Assembly (NCBI GenBank): GCA_003604995.1
Contig: QZJD01000054.1
Coordinates: 9,692-73,691, forward strand
DNA: 64,000 nucleotides
Direction of reading: 5' to 3'
DNA from: Desulfobulbus sp.
GTDB lineage: Bacteria > Desulfobacterota > Desulfobulbia > Desulfobulbales > Desulfobulbaceae
Below, piece by piece: positions 43,902 through 53,189 of the stretch (positions within the stretch are counted from its first letter, which is position 1; each line of letters starts with the position of its first letter). Position numbers and translations under genes: made by a program. The notes under the pieces were generated by a model, which did not search any database, was not told where the DNA came from, and saw only the letters and a program-made list of their open reading frames with translations.

Positions 43902-44993
43902 TCAGATGATAAGGTTGAAGAGGTAGCCCACCAGCAGGATGCCGGCGGCCACCACTCCGACAAAGACACCGATCAGGCGCGGCATGAGGACCTTGCGCAG
44001 GATAACCACCTCCGGCAGGGACAGGGCGATGACGCTCATCATGAAGGCCAGGACCGTGCCCAGGGCCGCCCCTTTTTCCAACAGGGCGTGGATCACCGGC
44101 ACGATGCCGGCGGCATTGGCATACATCGGCACGCCGAGCAGCACCGCGGCGGGCACGCTCCACCAGGCGCCCTTGCCCATGATCGCGGCCAGCGCCCCTT
44201 CGGGCACATAGCCGTGGATGCCGGCGCCCACCGCGATTCCCGCCACCACATAGATCCAGACCTTGCCGACGATCTCCCGGACCGCGTCCCGGCCCCGGGC
44301 AAGCCGGTCGGTCCAGGAGAGGAGCTCAATCGGTACCTGATCACCGTTCGCCCGCAGCTGACGGACCCATTCCTCGATATGTTCCTCCATGTTGAGCCTG
44401 CCGATAATCCAGCCGGAGGCGATGGCCACGAAGAGCCCGGTGGCGAGATAGAGGCCGGCCACCTTCCAGCCCAGCAGGCCGTAGAGCAGAATCAGGGCGA
44501 TTTCGTTGACCATGGGCGCGGAGATGAGAAAGGAAAAGGTAACGCCCAGCGGGACGCCGGCGCTGACAAAGCCGATGAACAGCGGCACCGCCGAGCAGGA
44601 GCAGAAGGGGGTGACGATGCCGAGCAGGGCGGCCAGCACGTTGCCGGCGAACAGGCTGCGGCCGGCCAGGATCTTGCGGGTTTTTTCCGGGGTGAAAAAG
44701 GTCCGGATGACGCCCACGCCATAGACCACCAGGACCAGCAGCATCAGGACCTTGGGCGTGTCGTAGAAGAAGAATTCCAGCGATGCGCCCAGGTGGCTGC
44801 CCGCGGTCAGGCCGATAAGGTCATACGCGAGGAAGCGGGAAAAGGGGCGCAGCTGGCTGTAGAGCAGGAACCAGGCGGCCAGCGTGAGCAAGCCCAGGCC
44901 GATGTCGCGCCATGGGGATGCAGACCGCGCGGGCACCGATTCCGTGGTTACGCAGGCGCAGGGGGAAGAGGGGACGGTTTTCAAAGGTTTCAT
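43902..44993 (-). CDS. COG0701/DUF318-type permease (ArsP-like), copy 2
   Basis: ORF trimmed to ATG 44993 (GAGGGAGA upstream). Conserved GIVTPFCSCSAVPLFIGF (CxC motif). Confidence 0.85.
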   Translation of the reverse strand: MKPLKTVPSSPCACVTTESVPARSASPWRDIGLGLLTLAAWFLLYSQLRPFSRFLAYDLIGLTAGSHLGASLEFFFYDTPKVLMLLVLVVYGVGVIRTFFTPEKTRKILAGRSLFAGNVLAALLGIVTPFCSCSAVPLFIGFVSAGVPLGVTFSFLISAPMVNEIALILLYGLLGWKVAGLYLATGLFVAIASGWIIGRLNMEEHIEEWVRQLRANGDQVPIELLSWTDRLARGRDAVREIVGKVWIYVVAGIAVGAGIHGYVPEGALAAIMGKGAWWSVPAAVLLGVPMYANAAGIVPVIHALLEKGAALGTVLAFMMSVIALSLPEVVILRKVLMPRLIGVFVGVVAAGILLVGYLFNLII

Positions 44994-45004
44994 TCGATTC
45001 TCCC

Positions 45005-45358
45005 TCAGGGGCAGCGGCCGGAGATGTCGCACCGGTCGATGGTCGCGGCCTGGCGCATGAGATGGGCGATTTCCTCGTCGTCATTGAGCCACTGGCGGAC
45101 CATCACCTGCAACTGGCCGGCATAGATGGAGTCAGTCGCATCCGGCAGGCGATAGTTTACCCAGGGGCCGTCCTTGCGGCCCTCCACCAGGCCGGCCTCC
45201 TCCAGGATCCGCAGATGCTTGGATACCGACGGCTGGGCCAGGTTGAGTGCGGCCCGCAGTTCGCAGACGCACAGTTCCCTGACCTGGAGCATTTTGATGA
45301 TCTTGACCCGGTTGCCGTCGGCAAGGGCCTTCATGACCTTGAGATAATTTTTCAGCAT
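45005..45358 (-). CDS. arsR: ArsR/SmtB-family metalloregulator with an ELCVCEL metalloid-type site
   Basis: LADGNRVKIIKMLQVRELCVCELRAALNLAQPSVSKHLRILEEAGLV. The ELCVC(D/E)L motif matches the As(III) site of classical ArsR. Confidence 0.9.
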   Translation of the reverse strand: MLKNYLKVMKALADGNRVKIIKMLQVRELCVCELRAALNLAQPSVSKHLRILEEAGLVEGRKDGPWVNYRLPDATDSIYAGQLQVMVRQWLNDDEEIAHLMRQAATIDRCDISGRCP

Positions 45359-45382
45359 GGCTTGCTCCTGAATTTCCCTATA

Positions 45383-45410
45383 ACCATATTCCTATTTGGC
45401 TATATGTCAA
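45383..45410 (-). promoter_or_regulatory. sigma-70-type promoter candidate with an overlapping inverted repeat (possible ArsR operator)
   Basis: Minus strand reads TTGACA-16 nt-TATGGT. The inverted repeat ACATAT-N12-ATATGG spans the spacer. About 25 nt upstream of the arsR ATG. Confidence 0.4.
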
Positions 45411-45472
45411 CAGCAAAAAAAGGGGGCTACAGAAATTCGTCGGTGCCTGAATGCAGTGTACGCCGACCCAGA

Positions 45473-45964
45473 TTATTTTTTGCCCGGCCAGTTGACGGCC
45501 AGGAGCAGGTCCAGTACTGCGTCGTAGATGCCGGGCTGGTTGCTGGCCCTGGGGCCGGCGACATTGAGGGTGCGGATTTTGTAGCGCCGGAGCCACTGTT
45601 CCACCGCGGCCGCGGCTTCGGCCCGGGGGACTTCCGCCAGGTCGATGATCAGGCAGGGCCGGTCATGGCGGAGGGCCAGGCTTTCGGTCAGGGCCGAACC
45701 GCCGGTCAGAGGGCCGAAGGAGAGGATGAGGGTGGCGTCGCTGTCGACGATGTTTTTCTCGGTGCGCTCACGATAGCGGGCGGTTTCCGTTTCCCGCAGC
45801 CGGTAGTGGGCGGGCAGAGGCCCGTCCTCGGCCTTGCGGCCCCGGGGCAGCCAGCCGCCATGGGGTATGCCCAAGCGGATCGCCGCGTCCAGGGCGGCAC
45901 GATCCGCTCCGCTCTGGCCGCCGGAGATGATCCGCACCATGCCTTTTTTCGTGCGCGCAATCAC
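45473..45964 (-). CDS. SLOG-fold 'putative molybdenum carrier' / circularly permuted YpsA-like protein
   Basis: RIISGGQSGADRAALDAAIRLGIPHGGWLPRGRKAEDGPLP..YRLRET...NIVDSDATLIL. Confidence 0.7.
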   Translation of the reverse strand: MIARTKKGMVRIISGGQSGADRAALDAAIRLGIPHGGWLPRGRKAEDGPLPAHYRLRETETARYRERTEKNIVDSDATLILSFGPLTGGSALTESLALRHDRPCLIIDLAEVPRAEAAAAVEQWLRRYKIRTLNVAGPRASNQPGIYDAVLDLLLAVNWPGKK

Positions 45965-45972
45965 GGCCCAAT

Positions 45973-46872
45973 TTATTCCCCTGCCGGCCGGGCGGCGGCT
46001 ATCCGACGGGCCATGGCCTTCAGGTTGTCCAGGTAGTCATAGGCCAGGGGATCGAGGGCCACCACGCTGCCGCCGATGGCCTCGGCAATGGTCGCGGCGG
46101 TTTTTTCGGAAAACTGGGGCTGGACAAAGATGACCCGCACTCCCTCCCTTTGCGCCTCCTCGATGAGGCGGGCCAGGTGCCGGGCGCCGGTTTCCTTGCC
46201 CTGGACGTTGATGGCCTTTTGCTTGAGGCCGTAGGCACGGCAGAAATAGCCGTAGGCCGGGTGGAAGACGTAAATGGTTTGGCCGGCCAGGGGAGCGAGG
46301 ATGGTCCGCAGGGTCCGGTCAATCTCCTGGAGGTCTTTGCGCAGCTCGGCGAGGTTGCGGTCATATGCCTGTCTGCCGGGCGGGTCCAGGGCCACCAGGC
46401 CGGCGTGGATCCGTTCCGCCTGCAAGCGGGCCAGGTTCGGGTCGAGCCAGGAGTGTGGGTCCAGGTCGTCGCGGTGGTCGTGATGCTCTTCGTCCGATTC
46501 CTCCGCGGGCAGCAGTTCGATTCCTTCCTGCAGGTCGATGATGGTGAGATCAGGGACCGTCCGCCGCAGCTTGGTGATGAGCGCGGCCTCGAAGGGGACG
46601 CCGATGCGGAAGAAGATCCGGGCATTCGCCAGCCGGGCCATTTGCAGGGGCGTCGGAACATAGGTGTGCGGGTTGTGGCCCGGCTGAACCAGAGTCTCCA
46701 CCCGGACCCGTTCGCCGCCGACCCGTTCGGCCAGGTAGGCGGCCGGCAGGATGGAAACGACAACCTGCATGGGGTGTGCCGGCGCGCCGGCGTCCGCGGC
46801 AAGCGCCGGACCGGGCAGACCCGGCAGGCAGAGGCAAAAAAACAACACGAGACGGACAAGACGGCTATTCAT
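45973..46872 (-). CDS. ZnuA/TroA-type metal ABC substrate-binding protein (no cognate permease or ATPase nearby)
   Basis: ORF trimmed to ATG 46872. Signal peptide MNSRLVRLVLFFCLCLPGLPGPALA. Acidic and His-rich loop EESDEEHHDHRDDLDPHSWLDP. Confidence 0.8.
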   Translation of the reverse strand: MNSRLVRLVLFFCLCLPGLPGPALAADAGAPAHPMQVVVSILPAAYLAERVGGERVRVETLVQPGHNPHTYVPTPLQMARLANARIFFRIGVPFEAALITKLRRTVPDLTIIDLQEGIELLPAEESDEEHHDHRDDLDPHSWLDPNLARLQAERIHAGLVALDPPGRQAYDRNLAELRKDLQEIDRTLRTILAPLAGQTIYVFHPAYGYFCRAYGLKQKAINVQGKETGARHLARLIEEAQREGVRVIFVQPQFSEKTAATIAEAIGGSVVALDPLAYDYLDNLKAMARRIAAARPAGE

Positions 46873-46984
46873 GGCGTGAGTTGAAAGCAAACAGTTGGGT
46901 GTCCAGGGACTCTTAGGGTTTGTGCTGACCAATGCTTACCATAGTTCCCGGCCGTCGTCCAGACCCATGCCTGGGCGGGAGTTG

Positions 46985-48112
46985 TCAACGGTCGGGCGCC
47001 GCGAGCAGGATGCCGGCGTTGATGCCGCCGAAGCCGGAATTGCAGGAAAGGACCGTCGGACAGGTGAGCGGCAGGACCGCGGTGCCGGAGATGGGCGCAT
47101 CGGGAAATTCACCCCCGGCATGGCCGATCGTGGGCGGAAGATGACCACTCTGCAAACTGCGCAGGGCAATCGCCGCCTCGATCACCCCGGCCGCGCCCAG
47201 GCAATGGCCCAGCGCACCTTTCACCGAGTGGATCGGCGGCGGTTTAGGCCATTGGCCCAGAAAGGCGGTCATCTCCATGGCGTCGTTGTAGCGGGTGCCG
47301 GTGCCGTGCGCATTGATCCCGCCCACCGCTACGGTTCCGTTCCCAGTCGCCAGACGCAGCACTTCCCTGAGCCCGCGCGCCTCCCTGCTTGGTGCAGTGA
47401 TGTGGGTGGCGTCACTTGCCGCGCCCCAGCCCGCGACTCTGGCCAGGACCGGCAGGGAATGCGCTGCGGCGAAGGCCGCGCTGGTCAGAACGAGCAGGCC
47501 CGCGCTTTCGCCCAGGGACAAGCCCTGGCGATCGGCGGCAAAGGGGCGGCAGGGTTCCGGGTCCAGGGCCTGCAGGCAGGCAAAGCCGGCCAGGACAAAG
47601 CGGCTGGCGATATCCACGCCGATGACCGTCGCGACCTCGCAGTCGCCGCGCCGAATCTTGAGCGCGGCCTGAATCAGGGCCAGGGTTCCCGAGGCGCAGG
47701 CCGCGCTGACCGTCTGTACCGCGCCTCGGCACCCGAGAATCCCGGCGGTCAGCGTTCCGGCCTGCCAGGCCTGGCCCCGCCATGGCTTTGCTCCCGGCGG
47801 CAACAGCTCGTCAGCGGCACCTTTGGTGGTGGCGACCAGCAACTCGCCCGGACCGATGATCCCGGCCATGGCCGCCAGGGGTCGGCTGACCTCCCTGAGC
47901 GCAAACTCCAGGCGGGCCGGCGAGCCGATCTCGCCCGATCCTTTGAGCAGCCCCAGCGGATAGGTCGATCCCAGGTCAGGCGCGGCAAAGGGCCGCAGGC
48001 CGCACTTTCCTGCGAGCAGGCCTTGCCAGGTATCGTCCAGTCGCCCCAGGGCGGTCAGAACCTCGGCGGCGACGACCACCGGGGTGTTTGCTGCGGATGC
48101 TGGCGACGGCAT
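46985..48112 (-). CDS. beta-ketoacyl-ACP synthase (active-site Cys present)
   Basis: SAACASGTLALIQAA, INAHGTGTRYND, KGALGHCLGAAG. Start set at ATG 48112, after the dehydratase stop. Confidence 0.85.
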   Translation of the reverse strand: MPSPASAANTPVVVAAEVLTALGRLDDTWQGLLAGKCGLRPFAAPDLGSTYPLGLLKGSGEIGSPARLEFALREVSRPLAAMAGIIGPGELLVATTKGAADELLPPGAKPWRGQAWQAGTLTAGILGCRGAVQTVSAACASGTLALIQAALKIRRGDCEVATVIGVDIASRFVLAGFACLQALDPEPCRPFAADRQGLSLGESAGLLVLTSAAFAAAHSLPVLARVAGWGAASDATHITAPSREARGLREVLRLATGNGTVAVGGINAHGTGTRYNDAMEMTAFLGQWPKPPPIHSVKGALGHCLGAAGVIEAAIALRSLQSGHLPPTIGHAGGEFPDAPISGTAVLPLTCPTVLSCNSGFGGINAGILLAAPDR

Positions 48113-48120
48113 GGCGATTG

Positions 48121-48990
48121 TCACCCGTTGCGCAGGAGGAGGGCCGTACCGCTGCTGCAACGGCCTCCTGGTCCGGCCAGCGTAAAGGTGACCGCCGGCA
48201 GGTCGTCCTGCCCGGCAAGGACGGCCTCAATGACAACGGTTTCATCCGGCAGGATCGGCCGCTGCCATTTCAGCCCCGCCATTTCGGAGGGCAGCAGCTC
48301 GCCGCCGAGAACCTGTTCGAGCAGGACCCGCACCGCCGCGCACTGGACAATGGCCGGCAGGATCGGTCGCCCCGGAAAATGGCCTTGGAAGCCTGCGAAA
48401 TCAGCGGAAAAATGAAAGGTGCCGCTCACGATTTCTCCGTTGTCCTGTTGCCTGATCCCCCGCAGAGCCTTGGTTCTCAGGTAATCGAGCAGGGAGGAGG
48501 CGGCGTCCGCCGGAAAGAGTGCTTGCGGTGCGGCGGGGGCAGGGAGCATATCATTCCCGTGCCGGATTTTCAGGCGGCCCTCGGCCAGCAGGTCATCGCC
48601 CTGGCTGATGCTGCCGGTCAGGACCAGCACCGGTCCGAAGGTCAGCTCGGTTTGTGCCCGGACCCGCAGTATATCCCCCGGTTCGACGCGGCGGTGCCAG
48701 GAAAAGCGGTCCAGGGCGGCCAGCATGCCGCCCCCCTCTTCGCGCTGTTCAAGACGGGCCAGAAAGCCCTGGCCCGCGGCCGCCGACTGGGCGAGCAGCT
48801 CAATGCAGAATTCCGGCATGAGCCGCTCCCGGTCGACAAAGGGGCCGTTTATCGGCGCGGCGGCCAGCGCCTCGCAGATCAGCCCCCGGTCGCTGCCGGA
48901 CTCCGAGCGCAGCAGAGTTCCTTCGATGCGCAGGGGCGGAGCATGGGGCACGAGGCCTGCGAAAGGGCACGGCAAAAGAATACTGCTCAT
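48121..48990 (-). CDS. double hot-dog-fold dehydratase (FabA/FabZ-like)
   Basis: ORF trimmed to ATG 48990 (ATGA overlap with the upstream gene). The second half carries FAGFQGHFPGRPILPAIVQ, the FabZ-type HxxxxPxxPG motif. Confidence 0.75.
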   Translation of the reverse strand: MSSILLPCPFAGLVPHAPPLRIEGTLLRSESGSDRGLICEALAAAPINGPFVDRERLMPEFCIELLAQSAAAGQGFLARLEQREEGGGMLAALDRFSWHRRVEPGDILRVRAQTELTFGPVLVLTGSISQGDDLLAEGRLKIRHGNDMLPAPAAPQALFPADAASSLLDYLRTKALRGIRQQDNGEIVSGTFHFSADFAGFQGHFPGRPILPAIVQCAAVRVLLEQVLGGELLPSEMAGLKWQRPILPDETVVIEAVLAGQDDLPAVTFTLAGPGGRCSSGTALLLRNG

Positions 48991-49814
48991 GGGCTGGTGC
49001 GGCCGGAAGAGGAAAGGCTCGGCGGACAGGGGGCGGACCACAGGCAGACGCTGGCCTTGCCGAAGCGGGCGGTGACGGTGATTTGTTTTTCGCCCTCCCA
49101 GCAGGTCTTGCCGGCCAGGTCGGTGAGCAGCAGCGGCAGGGCCATGGGATGCAGGTCCAGGGGTGCCTCCGGATCGCCTGCCAGTAGTTCCTCCCGGTCC
49201 AGCGCGGTCTCCGGCGGTGCCGCTCCCTCCGAAAAGCTCACCTCGCGCAGGCTGAGCGCCCGCGGATTGATCGCCTCCCGGTCCAGGACCCAGGCCACGG
49301 CGCAGGGCGGCCATTCTTCCACGGCCTGCGGGATCATGCGCCTGCGCGTGTCATGGAGGAGCGGGGCATAGGTTTCGACCTGCAGGATCAGGGCACGGTC
49401 CAGCCTGCCGGTGGCGAGCATGAAATCGGCGTTTGCCAGGCCCTGCAGAAAGGGCCAGGTAAAGGAGGTGAAGGTCCAGGCCCCGCCGAAGATGCCGAAC
49501 AGGCGGCTGGCGTAGCCGGCGGCCGCATTGAATACCGAGTGGGAGAAAAGGGTGGGCGAGACCGGTTCCTGGTCGATGAGCGCATCGAGCACATTGAAAT
49601 TGGATTGCATGGGGCCGAAACAGGTGCCGAGAAAAAGGCCGCAGCGCTCGCCGGGCCGTTCAACAGCGACGACCTGGACCAAGGCCTGGTGGGCGGCCGC
49701 GGCGGTCAGCTGAATGAACTGGTCGCCCCGGCGCAACGGCTTACGCAGGTATTCCGGCAGTTCGGGGACCGTGCCGGTGACCGACGCGCAAGCGATGATG
49801 AACGGTCCCGTCAA
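48987..49814 (-). CDS. KS-like protein without catalytic Cys (chain-length-factor-like)
   Basis: TTG start at 49814 in a TTGA overlap with the KS stop, with GGAGG upstream. KS N-terminal-like sequence (RRGDQFIQLTAAAAHQAL..GLFLGTCFGP) but no C-H-H triad. Confidence 0.6.
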   Translation of the reverse strand: MTGPFIIACASVTGTVPELPEYLRKPLRRGDQFIQLTAAAAHQALVQVVAVERPGERCGLFLGTCFGPMQSNFNVLDALIDQEPVSPTLFSHSVFNAAAGYASRLFGIFGGAWTFTSFTWPFLQGLANADFMLATGRLDRALILQVETYAPLLHDTRRRMIPQAVEEWPPCAVAWVLDREAINPRALSLREVSFSEGAAPPETALDREELLAGDPEAPLDLHPMALPLLLTDLAGKTCWEGEKQITVTARFGKASVCLWSAPCPPSLSSSGRTSP

Positions 49815-51052
49815 CCGAGCGCCTCCAGGACGACTGCCCCGTTGAAGCCGCCGAAGGCCAGGGACTGGCTGATCCCCTTTCTGCCGAAGAGGGGGGCCGT
49901 GCTCCCCGCCGGCAGGACGGAGACGGGCAGGGTGGAATCCGTCTCCCCGCAGCCGGGGGTTCCGCCGGTGACACCCGCACTCAGGGCGAGCAGGGTGATG
50001 ATCGCCTCGACGGCCCCGGCCGCGCCCAGGGTGTGACCGGTGCCGCCCTTGGAGGAAACCATCCGGCATTCCTCCCTGAAAGGGAAGCGGGCCAGGGCGG
50101 TTGCCTCAGCGGCATCGTTGACCAGGGTGCCGGTGCCGTGGGTATTGATATAGGAGATTTCCGCCGGGTCCGTGGAGGCATCGGCCAAGGCAGATCGGAG
50201 GGCGGCCTGCAGGCCCCGGCCTTCCGGATGCGGGGCGGTGGGGTGATAGCCGTCGGTGGCCGCGCCGTAGCCCAGGAGGATGCCCCGCGGGCGCGCCTCC
50301 CGCCGCGGCCGGTCTTCCCGTTCAAGGACGAGGATGCCCGCGCCTTCACCCAGATTGAGGCCGGCCCGGTCAGGGGCAAAGGGCCGGCAGGGTGTCCTGC
50401 TCATCAGCATGAGGGCCGAGAAGCCGTGATAGGCGATCCGCGACAGCTCATCCGCGCCGCCGGCGATGACGATGTCGCAGCGGTCCTGTTCCAGCCAGAT
50501 TTTGGCCAGGCCCAGGGCGTCCGTGCCCGAGGCGCAGGCATTGGTCACCACGGTCGCCGGCCCGGTCGCGCCGAGAACGGTACGAATCAGCGCGCCGAGA
50601 TTGCTGCCCAGGTAGTTGCGCACCGGGGTGAGATCAGGCGCGGCGCCGCCGCGCCATGAAGCATAGTACTCTTCGTTGTTGAAGGTGCAGCCCACGGTGG
50701 TGCCGATAATCACCCCGACCCGTGCCTCACGAAAGCTTTCCTCGCAGAGGCCGGCGTCGGCCACCGCCTCGGCCACCGCCTCCAGAGCCAGCAGAGCCGT
50801 GCGGTTAAGGCCGTGGGGCAGGGAGGCTGCCGTCGATGTTGCCCCCAGCAGCCTGGCCGCCGAAGGCGAGGGCAGGGCGCGTTCGACGAGAAAGGCCGGA
50901 AAGGGGAGCTGGTCGTGAAAGAACTCCGGGGGCACGGGGCCGCAGCGGACCGGCAGATCGGTCAGTCGGGCGTTGAGTTCCGTTATCCCGAAAGCGGCGG
51001 CGCAGCAGCAGCCCATGCCGGTGATCAGGATTCTTGGGGGGGCGGAGGGCAT
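49811..51052 (-). CDS. beta-ketoacyl-ACP synthase II-like (FabF-type)
   Basis: RILITGMG, TNACASGTDALGLA, INTHGTGT, SSKGGTGHTLGAAG. Confidence 0.9.
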   Translation of the reverse strand: MPSAPPRILITGMGCCCAAAFGITELNARLTDLPVRCGPVPPEFFHDQLPFPAFLVERALPSPSAARLLGATSTAASLPHGLNRTALLALEAVAEAVADAGLCEESFREARVGVIIGTTVGCTFNNEEYYASWRGGAAPDLTPVRNYLGSNLGALIRTVLGATGPATVVTNACASGTDALGLAKIWLEQDRCDIVIAGGADELSRIAYHGFSALMLMSRTPCRPFAPDRAGLNLGEGAGILVLEREDRPRREARPRGILLGYGAATDGYHPTAPHPEGRGLQAALRSALADASTDPAEISYINTHGTGTLVNDAAEATALARFPFREECRMVSSKGGTGHTLGAAGAVEAIITLLALSAGVTGGTPGCGETDSTLPVSVLPAGSTAPLFGRKGISQSLAFGGFNGAVVLEALG

Positions 51053-51064
51053 GACGGGAGACGG

Positions 51065-51322
51065 TCAGGTGGAGCGCCGGGCAAGGATAAAGTCTGCCAG
51101 GGCGTTGATGGAGGCAAGGGCGGCCCGCCCCTCTTCCATATCCTTGATCTGGACGCCGTAGCGTTTTTTGATCAGGACCACCATTTCCACCGCGTCCAGG
51201 GAGTCGAGGCCGAGTCCCTCCCCGAACAGCGGTTCGCTGTCGCGGATATCGTTCGGGTCCAGGTCCTCCAGTTTCAGGTCCGTGACCAGCATTTCCTTGA
51301 GTTCGCGCTTGAGCTGCTCCAT
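51065..51322 (-). CDS. acyl carrier protein
   Basis: ORF trimmed to ATG 51322. 85 aa. Phosphopantetheine site GLGLDSLDAVEMV. Confidence 0.85.
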   Translation of the reverse strand: MEQLKRELKEMLVTDLKLEDLDPNDIRDSEPLFGEGLGLDSLDAVEMVVLIKKRYGVQIKDMEEGRAALASINALADFILARRST

Positions 51323-51607
51323 GCCTCTGTTTTCTGGCTGCGTTGAGGGGTGATTGATGACGGTTTCCAGATAAACATTATCACATAATGGCGGGGCTGT
51401 CGGCTTATTCTTTGTTGGGCGCGGGAAAAAATGATGGCGTCGCGAATGGCGAAACACTGCGCAGCCGCTGCTGAGATTTCGGCAAATTGCAGGAAATGCC
51501 GGGGTCAGTCCCGCGCCTTGCGCAAGACTGACAAGAAAAGATGAGGTTGTCCACCGGGGCTTGCGAAAAGAGTCGCAGGGAAATCAGGCCGGAAGAAACG
51601 CGGCGAC

Positions 51608-52135
51608 TCAGCCCCGGGCCGGCCAGATTACCCTGAATTCCGTGATGATTTCCGGGTCGTCGTCGCCGGGCAGGACGTCCGTTTCCCCGGCGAGCAGGCA
51701 GTCGAGGTCGCCGCCGGCGGCGAGCCAGAGCCGGGCCGTGGCCTCGGCCTCCGCCATGGGTTCGGCCGAAAGCAGGGCATAGACCGGGCCGGTCAGCCGG
51801 TAGTGGATGGCCGCCTCGGCCAGGGCGATATTGGGCAGGGTATAGCTGAACAGCGCCGGACTGGCGCCGTCAAGCCCCGCCGCCAGGGTCTTGGCATAGG
51901 CGAGATCCGTGGCCAGTGAACCCCAGCGGCTGCCGGCGATCAGGCCGATCCGGCCCCGCGCTCGCCGTGCTCCGGAATGCTCCTCGAGCAGTCCCGCGGC
52001 GAGCAGGGTCCTGCCCACGGCGAGCAGGGTGGCCTGGCTGAGCAGGTCCATGCGGCCCCAGCGTTCCGGCAGCCTGCCGAGGATTGCCCGGTTTTCCGCG
52101 GTCAGGCGGCAGGCGTCGGCGCGAACGGGAGGCAT
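51608..52135 (-). CDS. small beta-ketoacyl synthase N-terminal-like domain protein (no active-site Cys)
   Basis: 175 aa. MDLLSQATLLAVGRTL..IGLIAGSRWGSLATD..FSYTLPNIALAEAAI. Resembles the small KS-like partners seen in aryl-polyene-type clusters. Confidence 0.55.
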   Translation of the reverse strand: MPPVRADACRLTAENRAILGRLPERWGRMDLLSQATLLAVGRTLLAAGLLEEHSGARRARGRIGLIAGSRWGSLATDLAYAKTLAAGLDGASPALFSYTLPNIALAEAAIHYRLTGPVYALLSAEPMAEAEATARLWLAAGGDLDCLLAGETDVLPGDDDPEIITEFRVIWPARG

Positions 52136-52139
52136 GGAC

Positions 52140-53189
52140 CTATCTGCCGTTGCGCGGCTTGAGCCAGCAGGAAGGGTCTTCGGCCAGATGGTCGCCGGTG
52201 GTCTGGTAGGCGTGGCCGCGGCAGCCGTAGCAGAGCGCGTTGAACTCGCAGTCCGCGCAGCGGCCCTTGATGGTCTGCCTGATATTGCGCAGGTCCCGGA
52301 TCACCGGGCTGGTTTGCAGAATGTCCCGCAGGGAGGCGAACCGGATATTGCCCACCGGGATGTTCACCCCGGGGCAGGGGTTGACCTCGCCCAGGGCGGT
52401 GACCGTGCAGGAATATTCGTGCCGGGCGCAGTGCGAGGCCGCCAGCGGTGGATGGGGCGTCCAGTGGTTGCCGTATTCCCGGGCATCGATTTCAGCGAGC
52501 GCGTCGAACAATTGTTTGAGTCCCTCGCGGCTCACCTCCAGGTTCTGGTGCTCCAGGGCCCGGCCCTGCATGGTCATCACCTCGATGTAGGGGACGATGC
52601 GGCGGTCGCGCGCCCAGCGCCACAGCGCGGGAATTTCGTCGTAATTCTGTCGGCAGATGATGCTTTCGATGCCCAGGACACGCTCGTCATCGGGATAGCC
52701 GGCGGCCAGGAGATGATCGAGGCCCCGCATGATCGCCGCGTGCGTTCCCGCCCGGCCGGCAAGCTCGTCCTGGACCGCGGGATCCAGGCTGTTCATCTTC
52801 ATGGAGACGGAGACCCGCAGGGCATGCAATCGCTCTGCCTTTGCCCGGTCCAGGAGGGTGGCGTTGGTGAACAGGTCGGCGTCCAGACCGAGGCCGCGGA
52901 TAAATTCGAGGACCGGGAAGAGGTGCGGCGAGAGCAGGGGTTCGCCGCCGCCGATGACGATGATCTTGCGGGCGCCGAGGGTCGCTGCCTGGTCGATGAC
53001 CGAGAAGAGTTCGTCGCGGCTCAGTTCGTCCTGGAGGGCCTGGCCCGAGTCGGCGTAGCAGTAAAGGCAGCGAAGGTTGCAGGCCCGGGACAGTTCAAGC
53101 TCCATGGAGAGCAGGCCGCCCTGGGTGCGGCACTGGGCAATTTGCGCGGGGCTGAATTCCAGGCCCCAGAATTCGTGCAGACAGCTCAT
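52140..53189 (-). CDS. radical SAM enzyme with a C-terminal SPASM-type auxiliary-cluster domain
   Basis: CNLRCLYCY (CX3CX2C). C-terminal CPG..., CADCEFNALCYGCRGHA and ..DPSCW. Confidence 0.85.
   Translation of the reverse strand: MSCLHEFWGLEFSPAQIAQCRTQGGLLSMELELSRACNLRCLYCYADSGQALQDELSRDELFSVIDQAATLGARKIIVIGGGEPLLSPHLFPVLEFIRGLGLDADLFTNATLLDRAKAERLHALRVSVSMKMNSLDPAVQDELAGRAGTHAAIMRGLDHLLAAGYPDDERVLGIESIICRQNYDEIPALWRWARDRRIVPYIEVMTMQGRALEHQNLEVSREGLKQLFDALAEIDAREYGNHWTPHPPLAASHCARHEYSCTVTALGEVNPCPGVNIPVGNIRFASLRDILQTSPVIRDLRNIRQTIKGRCADCEFNALCYGCRGHAYQTTGDHLAEDPSCWLKPRNGR

Noticed and set aside
51323-51607. Precursor-peptide (RiPP) gene for the SPASM radical-SAM enzyme, or a sigma-54 promoter, in the gap upstream of the ACP gene.
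   Set aside because: No short ORF has a plausible ribosome-binding site or leader/core appearance. The GGCA..TGCA sequence there has the wrong -24/-12 spacing. Only a modest hairpin (51504-51532) is visible.
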